Below, one piece after another: positions 49,685 through 63,500 of a stretch of 64,000 nucleotides of DNA. A program made the position numbers and the translations under genes. The notes under the pieces are model-generated. The model was not told the origin of the DNA and made no database searches. It saw only the letters and a list, made by a program, of their open reading frames with translations. The first letter of the stretch is position 1; the number at the start of each line of letters is the position of its first letter. Source of the stretch: Lingula anatina (taxonomy: Eukaryota; Animalia; Brachiopoda); NCBI GenBank assembly GCA_051362555.1, contig CM120643.1:372001-436000 (forward strand), given 5' to 3'.

Positions 49685-50121
49685 CTACATACATATGTAT
49701 AACAGTACATAAAACAGCATAAACTCCCAACAAATCATTACAGCTACAAAAATGTTTAAATTTTAAAATTACATTTTTGCTATAAAACACAGCCATACAT
49801 CTACTCTTTAATGACAATGTTGATATTCTTTACTGACAAACTTTTCAAGTAAATATACTAGAAGCCAAATATGCACTGTCACATTCTAATTTTTAGCAGT
49901 ATGTCCACATCAGATATCACCTATAAAATGTTCCATTAGTGGCAAAAGAAGAATAATTCCACAGTTACGATGCTGAATGACAACATCAAATATAAGCTGA
50001 TGCAACTGAGAAGAAAGGATATTGGAGGCCCTCCTCAACTCAGCACCAATCCAGCTGAGATAATTTTGTGCAACTAAGACAGATTAACAGCCAACTCAGG
50101 CCTATGCAGACTTGCACCCCA

Positions 50122-50367
50122 CTCTCTCTTTCTCTCTCTCCCCCTCTCTCTCTCTCGTTCTCGCTCTCTCTTCTCTCTCTCTACCTCGCCTCTCTCCATA
50201 TTTCTCACTCCTTCTTTCCCCCTCTTGCTCTCCCTGTTTCCCTCTCACTCTCTTTCCCCCTTTACCCTCTCTCTCCCTCTCTCTCTGAGTCTCCCCCTCC
50301 GTCTCTCTCTCTCTCTCTCTCTCTGAGTCTCCCTCTCCGCCTCTCTCTCTCTCTCTCTCCCTCTCTG
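50122..50367. repeat. (CT)n-rich polypyrimidine tract
   Basis: Read directly from the sequence. Confidence 0.9.
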
Positions 50368-50717
50368 GGATAATCATGTCGTGCAACAGATGTGCCAGTC
50401 ATTAACAAGAGTACCCATTCCCTGACCCCCTTGATTTCCTCTCAACGAACAGTTCACATGCATAGCATTGTGCAGGAAAAGTTGACACAGAGTTCTGACA
50501 TACCTGTGACGAGGAATCCATCCTCAAAACATTAGATATTTCACGATCATGCCCTCGCCGTACTCGCCATGTTGGAGCTACTGAGCATGCGTGCTTCGTT
50601 ACAAAACCGACACTAGAAGGCGCTGTTGCACAAGACAGCAGCAATACGCGTCTCCTGCAGATTTGTACGTGCAACTTCTTTGCTTCTTTTTTAAAATTTA
50701 CTTTACGCATATTCGAA

Positions 50718-50750
<33 letters not shown>

Positions 50751-50760
50751 CATCATCATC

Positions 50761-50846
<86 letters not shown>

Positions 50847-50900
50847 CATCATCATCATTATTATTATTATCATTATTTGTTATCATTATTATTATTATTA
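50718..50900. repeat. (TTA)n/(TCA)n microsatellite
   Basis: Read directly from the sequence. Confidence 0.95.
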
Positions 50901-51042
50901 TAATTCAATTTATTTGTGCCTTTTTTGGTTTTTTAATTGGTTGATTAAAAAATATATACATTTGACAAATTTTTTTTATTGTCATGTGGGCTTTAATTTG
51001 TTTTGATTTGATTAGATTTAAACACCGTGAATTGAACAGATA

Positions 51043-52027
51043 AACAAGGCAGCAAAGCTGTCAAATGTACAGACAAAAAGCAGACAATAACAATGCACAA
51101 AATAGGCTACTGTCAATTCTGATGCAAAAGTACATTATGCTCAACTGCAAATTCAACATCAAATTTTAATTATGCTCAACAGGTAATACTGACGTAAGTA
51201 AAATGTGTAACAAGCATAAGGCTTCAGGCCAATGGGAGTTCAAGTTCACACTTTGAAAATGCCAGAATGAGAAAAATGAAAATTTCACACAAAACTGCAT
51301 AAATTCAATAATAAATGATAACCCAATTGAGCTGGCATTCTAATTTGAACTGCATGCCAATCCTAACAAGACAGCACTGTTCTGAAATGGGTTTATTTCC
51401 ATTTTTAAGAATTTTTAACATAAAACAAAATTAACAGTTTACTGCCATTTTTATATGATCAACTAAGAAAATTGATGAGATGGGAAAAATATCAACAGAG
51501 CAGTGTTAAATGTCCAATTTCTTCCATTCTGAGATTCTGAAAATAGTGAATGATTGTATCTGACAAACTGCAATGATATGAGTTTATTTCCATTTTTGAA
51601 ACTTTATTACACAATACACAATAACAAGTTTACCATCATTTTTACAAAATCAACTAACAATGTTGTAAAGATGCAGGAAATGTCAAACAAACACTTTTAC
51701 GTATCTTATTCGTTTAATAATGAGACTGTTAACATGCCTATAAGAATTGAATCTGAGGAAATGTGAAAAATATGCTGAAAAGTGAAAAAACAGCATAACT
51801 TCTACAATAATGGCCCGATTATGCTGATTTTCGAACTTGACCTGCGTTTTATGAATATTCATCAGCTCTGTAAATATAAAGCCAAAAAGTAAAACTGCCC
51901 TCCACTTTTCGTGTTTACAAGGAAAGTGCACGGCGCCGGCATCGGCATCGGCATCGCCATCGCCATCGGCGACGACAGACGCAGGTGATGGCAATATGTA
52001 CAGACACATCTGTGTCTGTACATAAAA
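51043..52027 (-). mobile_element. Shorter, more diverged HINE family A copy
   Basis: Reverse complement of the family head (51996-52027) and terminus (AAACAAGGCAGCAAAGCTGTCAAATGTACAGACAAAA at 51042); about one array unit. Confidence 0.8.
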
Positions 52028-53575
52028 AGAATGTATATAGGCTGTAATGCAGGTTTTCCTTAATTTTAGTTTTCAAATATATGAAATGAAAAAAATAAAT
52101 AAATAACAAGTACCAGCTAGTTTTGTTCCCTTTTGCTTCCAAATGAAAATTATTTTGGTTTAAACAGTCTGAATGGCAAGGAAAATTTGAGACATGAGCC
52201 GATTGTTCCCTTCTTTTCCATTTTTTGCTCAGTAATTTTGAATTGTGGCCATGTACTGTATCCCCCAAGTGGCAAGGGTCAGCTTTGCATCTGCCCCCCC
52301 CCCCCCCCCCCCCCTTTTATCTGTGAGCTGCATCAATTAAATTCTAAATCCTAATTATCTTTTTAAAGTCTTAAAAGACTTGTAGTAATATTTTCAGTTT
52401 TACTAATCCTTCACTCTAGGGCAAGTTTTGTCAAAAAGGCTGTGCAAGGTCAAAAAGAATTAATTTTGCTTTTTATCATCTCACTTTGGTAATTCATGTC
52501 AAATGTGGTCAAAAGCACAGGTAATTCAATAGTATATAATAAATCTTTCATTGTATTACATCATTAAAAACGGTATTTGTTTACAAGGAATAGCTGTACA
52601 TTTCTCCATATAATTAATAATTAAAACCGAATGAAGAAGGTATTTTAAATTGAATTGCAAAACATTTAAATTCAAAACAAAACATGGAAATTAACCAAAA
52701 TTTTATTGTTAAAATACATCCAATAAGCTAGAGATGAAATTTCTTTTAAACATCATTTGATAAAAACCAGATGAACAGGGCTGCTATCCTGATTTAATCA
52801 TGATGAACTGAACCTTAATTTGTCTTAATTAAACAAAATATCAAAATTTTATTTCGCCCTATAAAAAAGATCAAAAACTCTTGTCACAAACTTGGAAAAA
52901 CCATTTTTCTCAGGAGAGATATTTAGATGTGTCATTTTTATCAGTTTCAGTGTGACACAGGTGCAGGGGGAGTGTATGTATACCTACAGCGTAAATGGTA
53001 TTGCAATTAATTCCTTTTCCTTAGCACTCGATCATTAATTGCACTTTCTTTTTCCAAATGTGAATACTATCATGCCTATAGATTTAGAGTCTTTGCTAGT
53101 TTGTGACAAAATACCTTTTGATCTCTATATCAGTAATTAATTAAAATCGGATGAGTGCTATTTTATATATACTTGATAATGCTGCAGTTTTAACCCTAAT
53201 TGTACTACAAACTGACATATCACACTAGAAGCAGTATGTTTTATAATAATATATCTGACAATCAGCATTAAAATGACAGATGAATAAAGTTAACAAATCA
53301 TAAAGAATTATTAGATATTGTTTTATCATGTGCAAAACAAAAAATTACTGGACTTGCATATTAAATGCAAGACATATATGGTCTTCAAGCAATATCTGAA
53401 TTTGACTGTTTTTCCCCTTTTCTAGTTTGGGAAAAGGTCCCAAATAATTTCAGGTGTTACAGCATAATCAACTTACCATCCAAGACAAAACTATGACATT
53501 TCCAGCAATTGTGTAGTGAACATGGAAAACAAAACTGCACTCATGTATATATGTGATTAAATAACACCCCCCCCC

Positions 53576-53622
<47 letters not shown>

Positions 53623-54083
53623 GTAGGCCTAATGAGCACAAAATAAACCAAACCAATCAAAACCAATTAAAGCCATTTTCCATCCCTATGCCTATATACA
53701 TGTATAAATACATATACATACATACTATAGTAATAGCCAGGGATGCCCCCACCCCTCCCAGCTTCCCGTACCTGATGCTGGAGCACCCTGGGCAAGCTAG
53801 GCAGACTTATCTGTTACTTTGATATTATCTTGGACAAGCCATATGTACAGCCACATGACCAGCCACAAGATATATATGATCTAATTAAACTCAAATTTAA
53901 TGATTCCCTAATATATACCAATGTTTTCATATATACTAGTATGTTCCAAGCTAAATGTCTACACAACTTAATTTGTTTTTGTAAGCTTATATTATACATG
54001 ACCTACATCTAAATCCAAAATTATACATTTAAATGAAGAGTTACAAAACCTGTGCCTTCAATTAAATGCACTTACACGTAAGT

Positions 54084-54363
54084 ATACATGTATCTCACTT
54101 CTCCCAATCCTTCCAAAAAGCAAACTTACATGTAATTATATATGGTACATGTATCTCACTTCTCCCAATCCTTCCAAAAAATAAACTTACATGTAATTAT
54201 ATAGAGTACATGTACCTCACTTCCCCCAAGCCTTCCAAAAAATAAACTTACATGTAATTATATATAGTACATGTACCTCACTTCCCCCAAGCCTTCCAAA
54301 AAATAAACTTACATGTAATTATATATGGTATATGTACCTCACTTCTCCCAATCCTTCCAAAAA
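54084..54363. repeat. ~61-bp minisatellite, ~4.6 copies
   Basis: TACATGTAYCTCACTTCYCCCAAKCCTTCCAAAAAATAAACTTACATGTAATTATATA. Confidence 0.9.
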
Positions 54364-55196
54364 TCCAATCTAACTAAAACATTATCTTTAATTTAAATGA
54401 AATAGCAAGAATGATCATTTTTGGACCCTATAACTACTACATTGTAGGTTACCTGTACTTATATTGTCCCTTAATAACATTACATAATAAGAAGTACAGT
54501 ATATCCTGCAAACCATGCAGGTCAAAGCCACCCCCCCCCCCCCCCCAAAAAAAAAAAAAAAAAAAAAGGGAAAAAATTAAGAGAGAGAGAGAATTTAAAG
54601 AGTAAAGAAAAGAATATAGCAATTAAGTGAGATGAGGCAAAACGGGCAGTTTTTCCTGTACCTTAATTTGCCCTACATATAATACATGTACATAGTATAG
54701 GTGCATTTGTCCTTATCTTCCATGCTAGTATACCCTGTTTATTATATTTGCCAATTAAGTGAAATGGTTCTCTTCCTACATGAGTGAAATAAGGCAAAAT
54801 TAAAATGTGTAGTTTGCCTGTCTCTGCGCCCATCCCCACTCCCCATCCCCACCCCACCCCCAAAAAAAAGAGGGTAAAGAAAAGAGTATATATACAAGTG
54901 AAATATGTAGTAGGAACATCTGTCCTCATCTACAGTTTATATTTACATTATATTTGCCAAGTGAAATGGTTCTCTTCCTAAATGCCCAAAAAGTGGAGAT
55001 ACCACTGAGGTACAATGTCCATGTACTGCAAGGTTGCAAGACTAGGGTAAAGTTTCTCAGTACCAGTACGTGTTATATCTCAATTTCTCCCTCAACTGGA
55101 TCTCCAACTCCAGTGAATACTTGGCACTATCTATACCTTATCTGTTATAATTCTGATTATAGAACAGGTGGCATACGGAGATGTACAGGGAATACC

Positions 55197-55228
<32 letters not shown>

Positions 55229-57277
55229 ATTAAACACCAATCACCAAGATTAAAATAACTCATTTACCAATCACCAAGATATATTCAGGCCAACCACCAA
55301 TCACCAAGAATTCTTGAATCACGTACCACGCAGAATATAGGACGCAAATAACGCATCACTCTAAAAAATACAAGGTCAATCACGTGGAATGCAAAAGGTA
55401 TATCCTACCCTCGCATACTGCTTACTAGCATTTTACCATCTCTATAGTTCTGAAATTATACATATTTTTATAAATTCAGATGCTGATATGTTAGAAGAAT
55501 GTGGTTCACACATTATATACACATTCTGACAACATCAGCATCTGCCATACACACTGCACTATATAATCTTCATCGTGATTCCTCCATAATTTAAAAATTC
55601 ACTTTAGATTTGTAAAAAATAGCAACTAAAATCCTTTTAAACTACATGTACAGAGTCCATGGTCAAGTTACTACATTTCATTTTCGAAACAATTAATGAA
55701 CAACGTTCTTTGAAAAATTATCACTTTTCACAATATGATGTGTACACGTTACGCTGGTGTTTTATTTGCAGAGGGTGCTCACTGCAATTGATGGAAGAAT
55801 CCTATATTTAAATTCTTACTTGCCATAGAGCATGCTTACTCTAAGCAATGCTGAAACAAATAATGCTTATTTTAATTAATTGTACATTATTAAGCATTAC
55901 CATATACCATAAATTTTTTCATCACCTTTTCCTGTAATTGCTGTTAAACTAGCAGCATATATTTACAGAAGAATTAATCGACACAATTATAAACAATTTA
56001 AGCAGTACCTTCTTGGTTTTTCTAAATATTAACACACATATACATTGATCTGCAAGCAAGGATACCTCTCCAAATCCCTACAAAGCACATTTACTGCAAT
56101 TTATCTAAATTTTCTAATATTTCACAGTTTACACTTTCTACTATAGCTACCAGCCAAATACCTGCATATAATACTGTTTGAATATACACATCAAATTTGA
56201 AGTTCTTTCCTCATAACAGTGGCAAAATGCAGTGAAAAAATGTACAAAAGAAATCAATCTACATACAAATGAGATGCCAACTGTCATGCTTTCTTTTCTC
56301 AGTTTGTTAATTGACAATATGGTTTTAGAATGGTGATGAATTTCAAAATTGAAAAAAAGGAAAAAATTATTTGAACACAGAAATTTTGAATAAAAATTTG
56401 TTATGAATCGGGGTCAGTTGTTGAATAAAGCAGCGTTACGTTGATTTATCCTTGTGGTTGACTTGGTTTCTGGCGCACACACTTACGTGAAGTTTTAGAC
56501 ATTTGAATCTGGGATCGATCGTGAGAGTGAAAGGTTACTTGTGTAAGTGAGCATAAGTGAACGATAGTGAGTGAAAGCTTCCTAAGATTTAGTACGTTCA
56601 GTACAATATGTACCCAGCCTGATAATAAAGACTGCAATGGTGATGATATTCAGAAAAAAACATGTTTGAACACTTTGAATGAATACAATCAAGTTCATAC
56701 ATACTACAATTTTAGTATACAACAGTAATAAAAATAAATGTTCAAAAAGCATATTATCCAAATTCTACATCATACTTTATATATAAATCATTTAAATTGC
56801 CACCTTATCCTCTTATCAGCAAAAAGATACCTAAGACTACAACTATACATATCTTCACTCTTATACCTACAAAGGTATACACTGTATACCTACAAAGCTT
56901 GGTTCACTTCATACTCCAAGAAAAATCTATTAACATTTTTTTCAGTATATATACTATAACATGTATATGGCAATAAAAGCAAAAAGCAAATTTTTATTTA
57001 CAATTAAGATTTTTGATCCATCTTTTCAATAAAATAATGTTCCTGTCATAGGAATTGTTCTGTATATATACCTGTAACCTATCCAAAGTACGCAATGTTT
57101 TTCATTGATCACCTTAACAATTTCCTGGTTTCATTTTTCAAAGACAATTATTCTCAACATACCCATATCCACCATGTTGAAGCAATCCTGTAACTTGACA
57201 GTAAAATATCCTGCAAAGCAAATGTTCTCAAAGTAAAAATAATTTACATTGATTAATTACATAAAAAGGGAAGAAAT

Positions 57278-57595
57278 TTAGATTTTTCTGTCCATTGGCA
57301 CACCTTTCTTTGTCAACAATGTCTCGATCTCAGTCAGCAGTTGGCTGGTGATGTCCACAGCTTTTGTTGCTGTGTCCATGTTGTAGACCTCATGTGGTAA
57401 ACGATGACACCTGTCTGGATAGCGCATGGCAGTGGAATGTGTGAGTAGGGACTGGAGTCGTATGGACAGCTGTGAAATAGTCGAGAAATTGTTTGCAAGG
57501 TTAAGAGTGACAGCCATTGTAGGCAGGTAGTGACTGTTGTTTTTCAGATTGGCATCGATGGCAAACTGTGCAGCCTTCAGTGCTTTTTCTGCTGA
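57278..57595 (-). CDS. SACS: Sacsin-like last exon (HEPN)
   Basis: ATTTCAG acceptor; SAEKALKAAQFAIDA...TAMRYPD...PHEVY...*. Confidence 0.88.
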   Translation of the reverse strand, partial: SAEKALKAAQFAIDANLKNNSHYLPTMAVTLNLANNFSTISQLSIRLQSLLTHSTAMRYPDRCHRLPHEVYNMDTATKAVDITSQLLTEIETLLTKKGVPMDRKI

Positions 57596-60500
57596 CTGAA
57601 ATTGTAATATACATATGTGATATAGATAAACTAATTGTATAATTATAATGTTTTAATTTAAAAAAATTGTAAATACTGTTTAGTTTTAACTGTAGAAAAT
57701 GAGTAGATTGACAGATCATAAACAAGAAGTGAGTAGATTGACAGAATTGATGAAAAATTGGGATTACACTCAAAAAATAAAGGAACTAAATAAAGGAACA
57801 TTTGAAATCTAATAATTTATCGTATCAAATTTAATTCAGTTTTAAAAATGAAACTGCAATTAAGGTATAACATATATATTATAATGATCTAATGAAACTG
57901 AACCAAGATTGAACCAGCATTATATCTAACCTGATGGCATTTGAAGCAAGCCCACTCATAGCTCTGGAATGGCTCTCTGGTGTCATTGGAGACTGCTTTG
58001 AAATCCCACTGGGCCTGGCGGAACCATCTGGAAGCCTCGTAGGGTTGGGGATTCTTACGAGTTTCCCAGAATCCACCATACGTCCTGCTGTCACTACCAT
58101 GACTCCCGCTGGAATAATACCTGTCATGGCATTCTCTCTCCTGTCTGGCACGTTGCCCCATTCTGGTGAAAAATTGCTCAAATACATCTTCATATGTAGT
58201 GTGTGACCGGTTACCGGTACCGTGAGTAGAATATGCCGTACCAGTGCTACGTGTACTATGTGACCATCTAGGACCAGAAGATGCAGCATTTGTCTCAGTT
58301 GAGGATGAAGACGTTTCTTGCGGACCTCTTTCAAGTCTAGCTATTTCAGTCTGTATGAATTTGCATGCTTCATTGCAAATATCTTCTTGGCCAAGGTTTT
58401 TGTCTGGGTGATATTTTCGGATGAGTCTCTTGATGACTTTTTTCCTCTCATTTTCATCAAGTTTCCAAGCAGCCTCCAGTGTTTTTGTGATATCTTCCTT
58501 AATGTCCTCCAGACATGTTGGAGTGAAGTCATCCTCAGTTGGAGTTTTATCATAAAGAACAACATCCTTTGAGACAACTTTTGGTGAGCGTTTAAATTTG
58601 TACAAGTCATTTGCCGTCACAACAAGGACATCCTCTTCTTCACTCCCAATTCTTATTTTGTATCTTCTTAGCACATCTGAGGTTTGAGAGTCAGCATCTT
58701 CCTTGATCTCTTCTAGGACAATGGCATATATGTATGTTGGAAGACCCTCACGACTCTTCAACAATGGATCCTCTACTTCATAGCCTACGTATTCACCGCA
58801 TTCAAAGTGGTGAAAATTCTCAGAAAGCAGATGCTGGTCTTCTATGTGAAGGTAAGTCCCAGGGATGGGGAGAACACTGGTATCTGAGCAGTAATCATCT
58901 GGCGGAATGCCCTGATCATCCAAACATCTTGAAATCTCTTGTAAATTAACTTTTTCATCTAGGATGCTGCACAGGTGATGGAGGAAAGTTGAAAGTCTCC
59001 ATTTAGATAAACTGTTCAAGATTTCGACAAACCTGAGTGAAAAGTTGCTCATTTGAAAATCGCTGTTTAAATAAAAACAATGAGACTGTTGTCCACAATG
59101 GGCCTTTTGATAGAAGCATGACTGTGTTCTCTCACTTCCAGACAAAACCTCTCCCTTGTATTCTAAAACAGTGGTCAGTTTTGTTGCAAAGTGAAGTTTG
59201 ATGTTTTTAATGTTTTCTTGTAGCTCAGCACTGTCCTGCTGACTTACAGTGAAGCCTTGTGTTTTACCAGCATGACGAAGGAGACGCATCACTGCCTGAT
59301 AAAAAAAATCTGACTTTATCTTCCATTTCAAAGGATGCTGTTGAATAATGTTGATGCTTGGTTCAGAGTGAAGTTTCTCTTTGACAACATCAGTCAGATA
59401 TCTAAGGCGCAAACATTCTGGCAAAAATTCAGCAACATCGCTGTACGATGGGACCTCAGGTCCAATTTCTTTCTGAGAAGGGCGAGCAAGCATGGGTTCT
59501 TCCAATGGAAATGTTTTCAGTCGGTCAAAATGGGACATGTTATCAATAAAGATAATGTCCTTGGACTGCCTCAGTTCCCCAGCAGAAGTGAGCAAGTATA
59601 ACTGTTTTACCTGCTCTGGCCATTCATCCCCACTGTGAAGTTTTTTAAACAAAAAGCCCATTGCTTTCAAAACTTTTTTCTTTTCATTTGGTTCCAGTTT
59701 CTTCCCTTCGGTATCTTCATGAATCATTTCCAAGACAGTGGCATACTGACAGCAGGAGGGTCTATCTGTGCTGCCTATTAGCTTGAAGAGCTCTTTACAC
59801 CTTGCGAAATGTGAAGGCACAGCAAAAAGATAAGGCTTTATTTCTTCTTCTTCCAAGCAAGAAGTAGCAACTTGACTCGGATAAACAAACCTTTTTCCAT
59901 CCTCTACTAAAATGCAGGTCAAGTGTTGCAGTTGTTGAGTCCATTTCGGATTTTCTTTAACTTTGTTTTTATATCTTTCCAAGTGCTGATATATGTGCCC
60001 CATTATCTCAGAGAGTAATTCAGATTCTTCTGATGTTAAATCTTTGACTTGCTCTTGCAAATAGTGGCACACATTGCAACAGTGGTCTACCACCTGTTCC
60101 AAAGAGGGGATTTCTTTCACTCCAAGTATTTCACACAATTTTCTGTCTCTTGGTTCTGCCCACTGTTCCAAGAATGAAACACTTGTCCATGATAAATGTT
60201 CATATTCCTGCTTGTATAAGACAGCACCATTGAAGCAGATGAAAGGCCTCACTGTATCTCCATCCATACTGCGACATGGGCACAGACTCTGAAGGTTGCT
60301 TGGAGCAACACGTTGGGGTAGAAAGGCAACATCTTTTAAAATGCGCAATAAGTGACCATCATTCTTTTGCGAAAAAAGATGTATCACTAATACACATGCC
60401 TGCTTTTCTCTCTTTTTGAGTTCTGCCTTATTTCTACTTTTCCATGCTAAAATAGCCCCCCTTTCAATGGCTTTGGCAAATTCAATGAACTTCTCTGAAG

Positions 60501-63500
60501 TGACTTGTTGCTGTAAACCTCACGCATCAAACGCAAAATTGGTTGAGATCTAAAAGGCTCTGATGGAAAATCTTCCTCTGTAAGCATAGCTTTAAAAACT
60601 TCATTGTAAGGATCATAAAAAGCCGATGCAGTTGACAGGGTGCCAGGAATTCCACTCCGGCTATCAGGTAGGAACTTCACATGAGAAAGTTTATCAATCA
60701 GCATCACCCACTCCCACTCATCTTCATCAATTCTATGGCGTAATTTGACTGATATGAATTGTAAGTGTTTAATCCTTTCTTCCTCTGAGAGAATTTCAAA
60801 ATTTGGTAATATGAAATCACAGTACATTTCACACTCAGAGAGTACTCGACAACCCAGCCATGTGTAGAGTGGCTGTAACATTACATTGGGTTTCAAGAAG
60901 GCCAAATGTTGATCACCTCCTTCCAATAGCTGCATGCCATCTAAAGGGATAGAGCTGGGTGCAATGTAAGTGCATTTTCCTTCAATGCTGACAATCTCCT
61001 CTTTTGCAGATGAGAAAAAAGGAAAACTGCACAATTTCCATTTCAATTCAGGATTGCTTTTCAGCACATCAAGATACTGACAAAAATATCCCAATATGAC
61101 ATGGCATTCCTGCACATTCAGTCTGCCTGCTAGCTTGTGTCGTTTGGCTACTCCTTCTAATGCGATGACGATGGAACTTGGATCTCTAGGGTTGCTAATT
61201 ATTGCCCGTGCAGTCTTTTCAGAATGTTGTTGTAGTATATCATAGGCTAGCTGTGGAACACCCAGCTTTTGTAACATATTTAAAATCCCAAGGAAGTATT
61301 GGAAGAAACTCCTGCTGTCAATAACTTCATTGGCTTCTGACATCTGAAGCAAACAGGTTGATTGCCCTACATTTACTGGCAAGAGACACCAATGGGAAAG
61401 TGGCTTCAATAAAGATATAATTTTTTTGCCTTCAGAAACTGCACCAACCTCGGAGTGAAGGTATGTCCACAGTAATTGGATCCACTCTTTTGATGGAGCC
61501 TTCGAATCCCATGGAATAACACCTCCATTTTGTAGCGCTTCTGGTAAGGCAAATGGTAGCCTTTCTGCAAGATCGGATACCTTGAATTTTTTGAAAACTG
61601 GCCTTTCTTGGTCTGTACGAAAAATTGTACGTTCCAATAACCTATGGCAAAAAGATGCAGCACACAAAGGCAGCAAGTCCCAGAAAGGTGAACAGAAGAC
61701 AGGTGTTCTGGAACTAAACATCCTCAGCTTGTTGTCCTCAGTTACAAGCAATGGACAACCCTCAAGTAGCTGCACAAAACTGTCAGATTTCTTACAAAAG
61801 TTCAACATAGTGCAAAGGTTGCCTACATTTCCAAAGATGGTTTTTCCAATGTGTTCTGGAAGATCTGAGCATGAAATAAAACACAGGCTATCAGGTCTTT
61901 GGTAGGTTTGAAAGAAACAAAGCACAGCTTCTGGACTAACAGTTTTCACCTGGATTTCTGCATCCCGATAATTTATATATATTGACATTGGGCAATATAA
62001 AAGATTGAAATTGCTTTCACATAAAATCCTTCTAACAATCTCTCTGGAGGATGGTTCTTGACATTTTGATGTATCTCTGAACCCTGACCCTGGTTCCTGA
62101 ATCTGGGTATCTAAGTCATCAAAGAATACTGCATCTTTTCCACTTCCTGTAGGTGAAAACCATGCAACTTTAAATCCCGTCTCACTCACTCTTGCATGTC
62201 GCAAAACTGGAAGAACCCTCAGATGAAGTTCACTGGTCAACTGGTATACCTTTTGAGACAGATAACGTATGTAATTCTCCTGATGCTGGATATCTGGAAA
62301 GAGCTCACAATACTGGCTCAAAGATCTTCTTATCTGGGTCTCATCACCTCCAGACATCTCTCTCATGATAATCTTCTTTGTTTGCTGAAGCATGTTAGTG
62401 TAGCAAGGTGCAACTGTTTGCTCTATTAATGTGTTGTTCCACTCAGTTTTCACATCAGTATTTTCAGTGTTCATCCAAAGGTTTCTCCTGGCTTCATGAT
62501 CCAGTGCAAAGTGACCATTGATATGAACAGGGAGGTTTGTTTTCAGTGGGAGTGGCAGGAAGCAAAATACCCTGCCTTTTGGGAGGTCTAATTTCTCTGT
62601 CGGTAAACTATCAGGTGGAAGCAGATGTGCTACTCCTCCACGTGGCAGTAATCCCAAGTCTCTGTCCCAGAGGGACTTCTTTAAAGTTGTAGGTATTGAG
62701 CTTGAATTGCTGAAGCCAAACTGTTGGGTGATAAACCATGTTTCTAATCTGCCTTTGTTGTCTTTTAAGGACATGGTGAAAGAAAAATTGATGGGACGTA
62801 ACTGGTCCATTGTCAGTTCTTGTGTTTTCAGCCTCTCTGAGCTGGTCACCACTTCCTTTAGAAAGGACTGTTGTGCCTGTGTATCTTCAGCACTGAGACG
62901 GGCCTCAACACTGTATGTGTTCTGCAGCTTTCCAGTGAACATGTTTATTTCTGAGACACTTATTTTCCTAATGTTATTGAGAAACAGCATCATCAGAAAT
63001 AAATCACCCTGAAATGTTTCCATGAGGGACTGCATTTCTGGAATGGTAACAGGTGTAGTTTTTATCTTGGATTGTCTGGCCATGTTTTCATTCCTGAGTG
63101 GCAATCGGAACAAGGTAGCTTCCTCCATTGGAAAAGATTCTTTCATGTCATCCAAGTAGCTTGCAAATACATCTGGGAAAGCCTTCCTCAACTTTGGAAT
63201 GTCATTATAACACCTTCCAGGCTCTGCAATAGAAGCACCTGGCACATAAATACAATGTGGATCAAAGATACACAATGTTTCTCCAATTTCCTGTCCTTTG
63301 GTTAAGAAAGATGGGGCATCTGTGAGATGATATACAGCATTGAAACCGACCCCATACTGCCCTGTTTTGTTTGGATCTTCACTCTTGCTTCCCTCACCTA
63401 AGTTGCTTATACCCTCTATGTCTGCTTGAGTAAATGGACTATTGTTGTAAACGCACAAAGCTGGTCCCTGCAATGGCTTCCAACAATCCTCAAATATGCG

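Noticed and set aside
50068-50944. Leu/Ser, Glu/Arg, poly-Leu and poly-Asn ORFs
   Set aside because: Translations of microsatellites.
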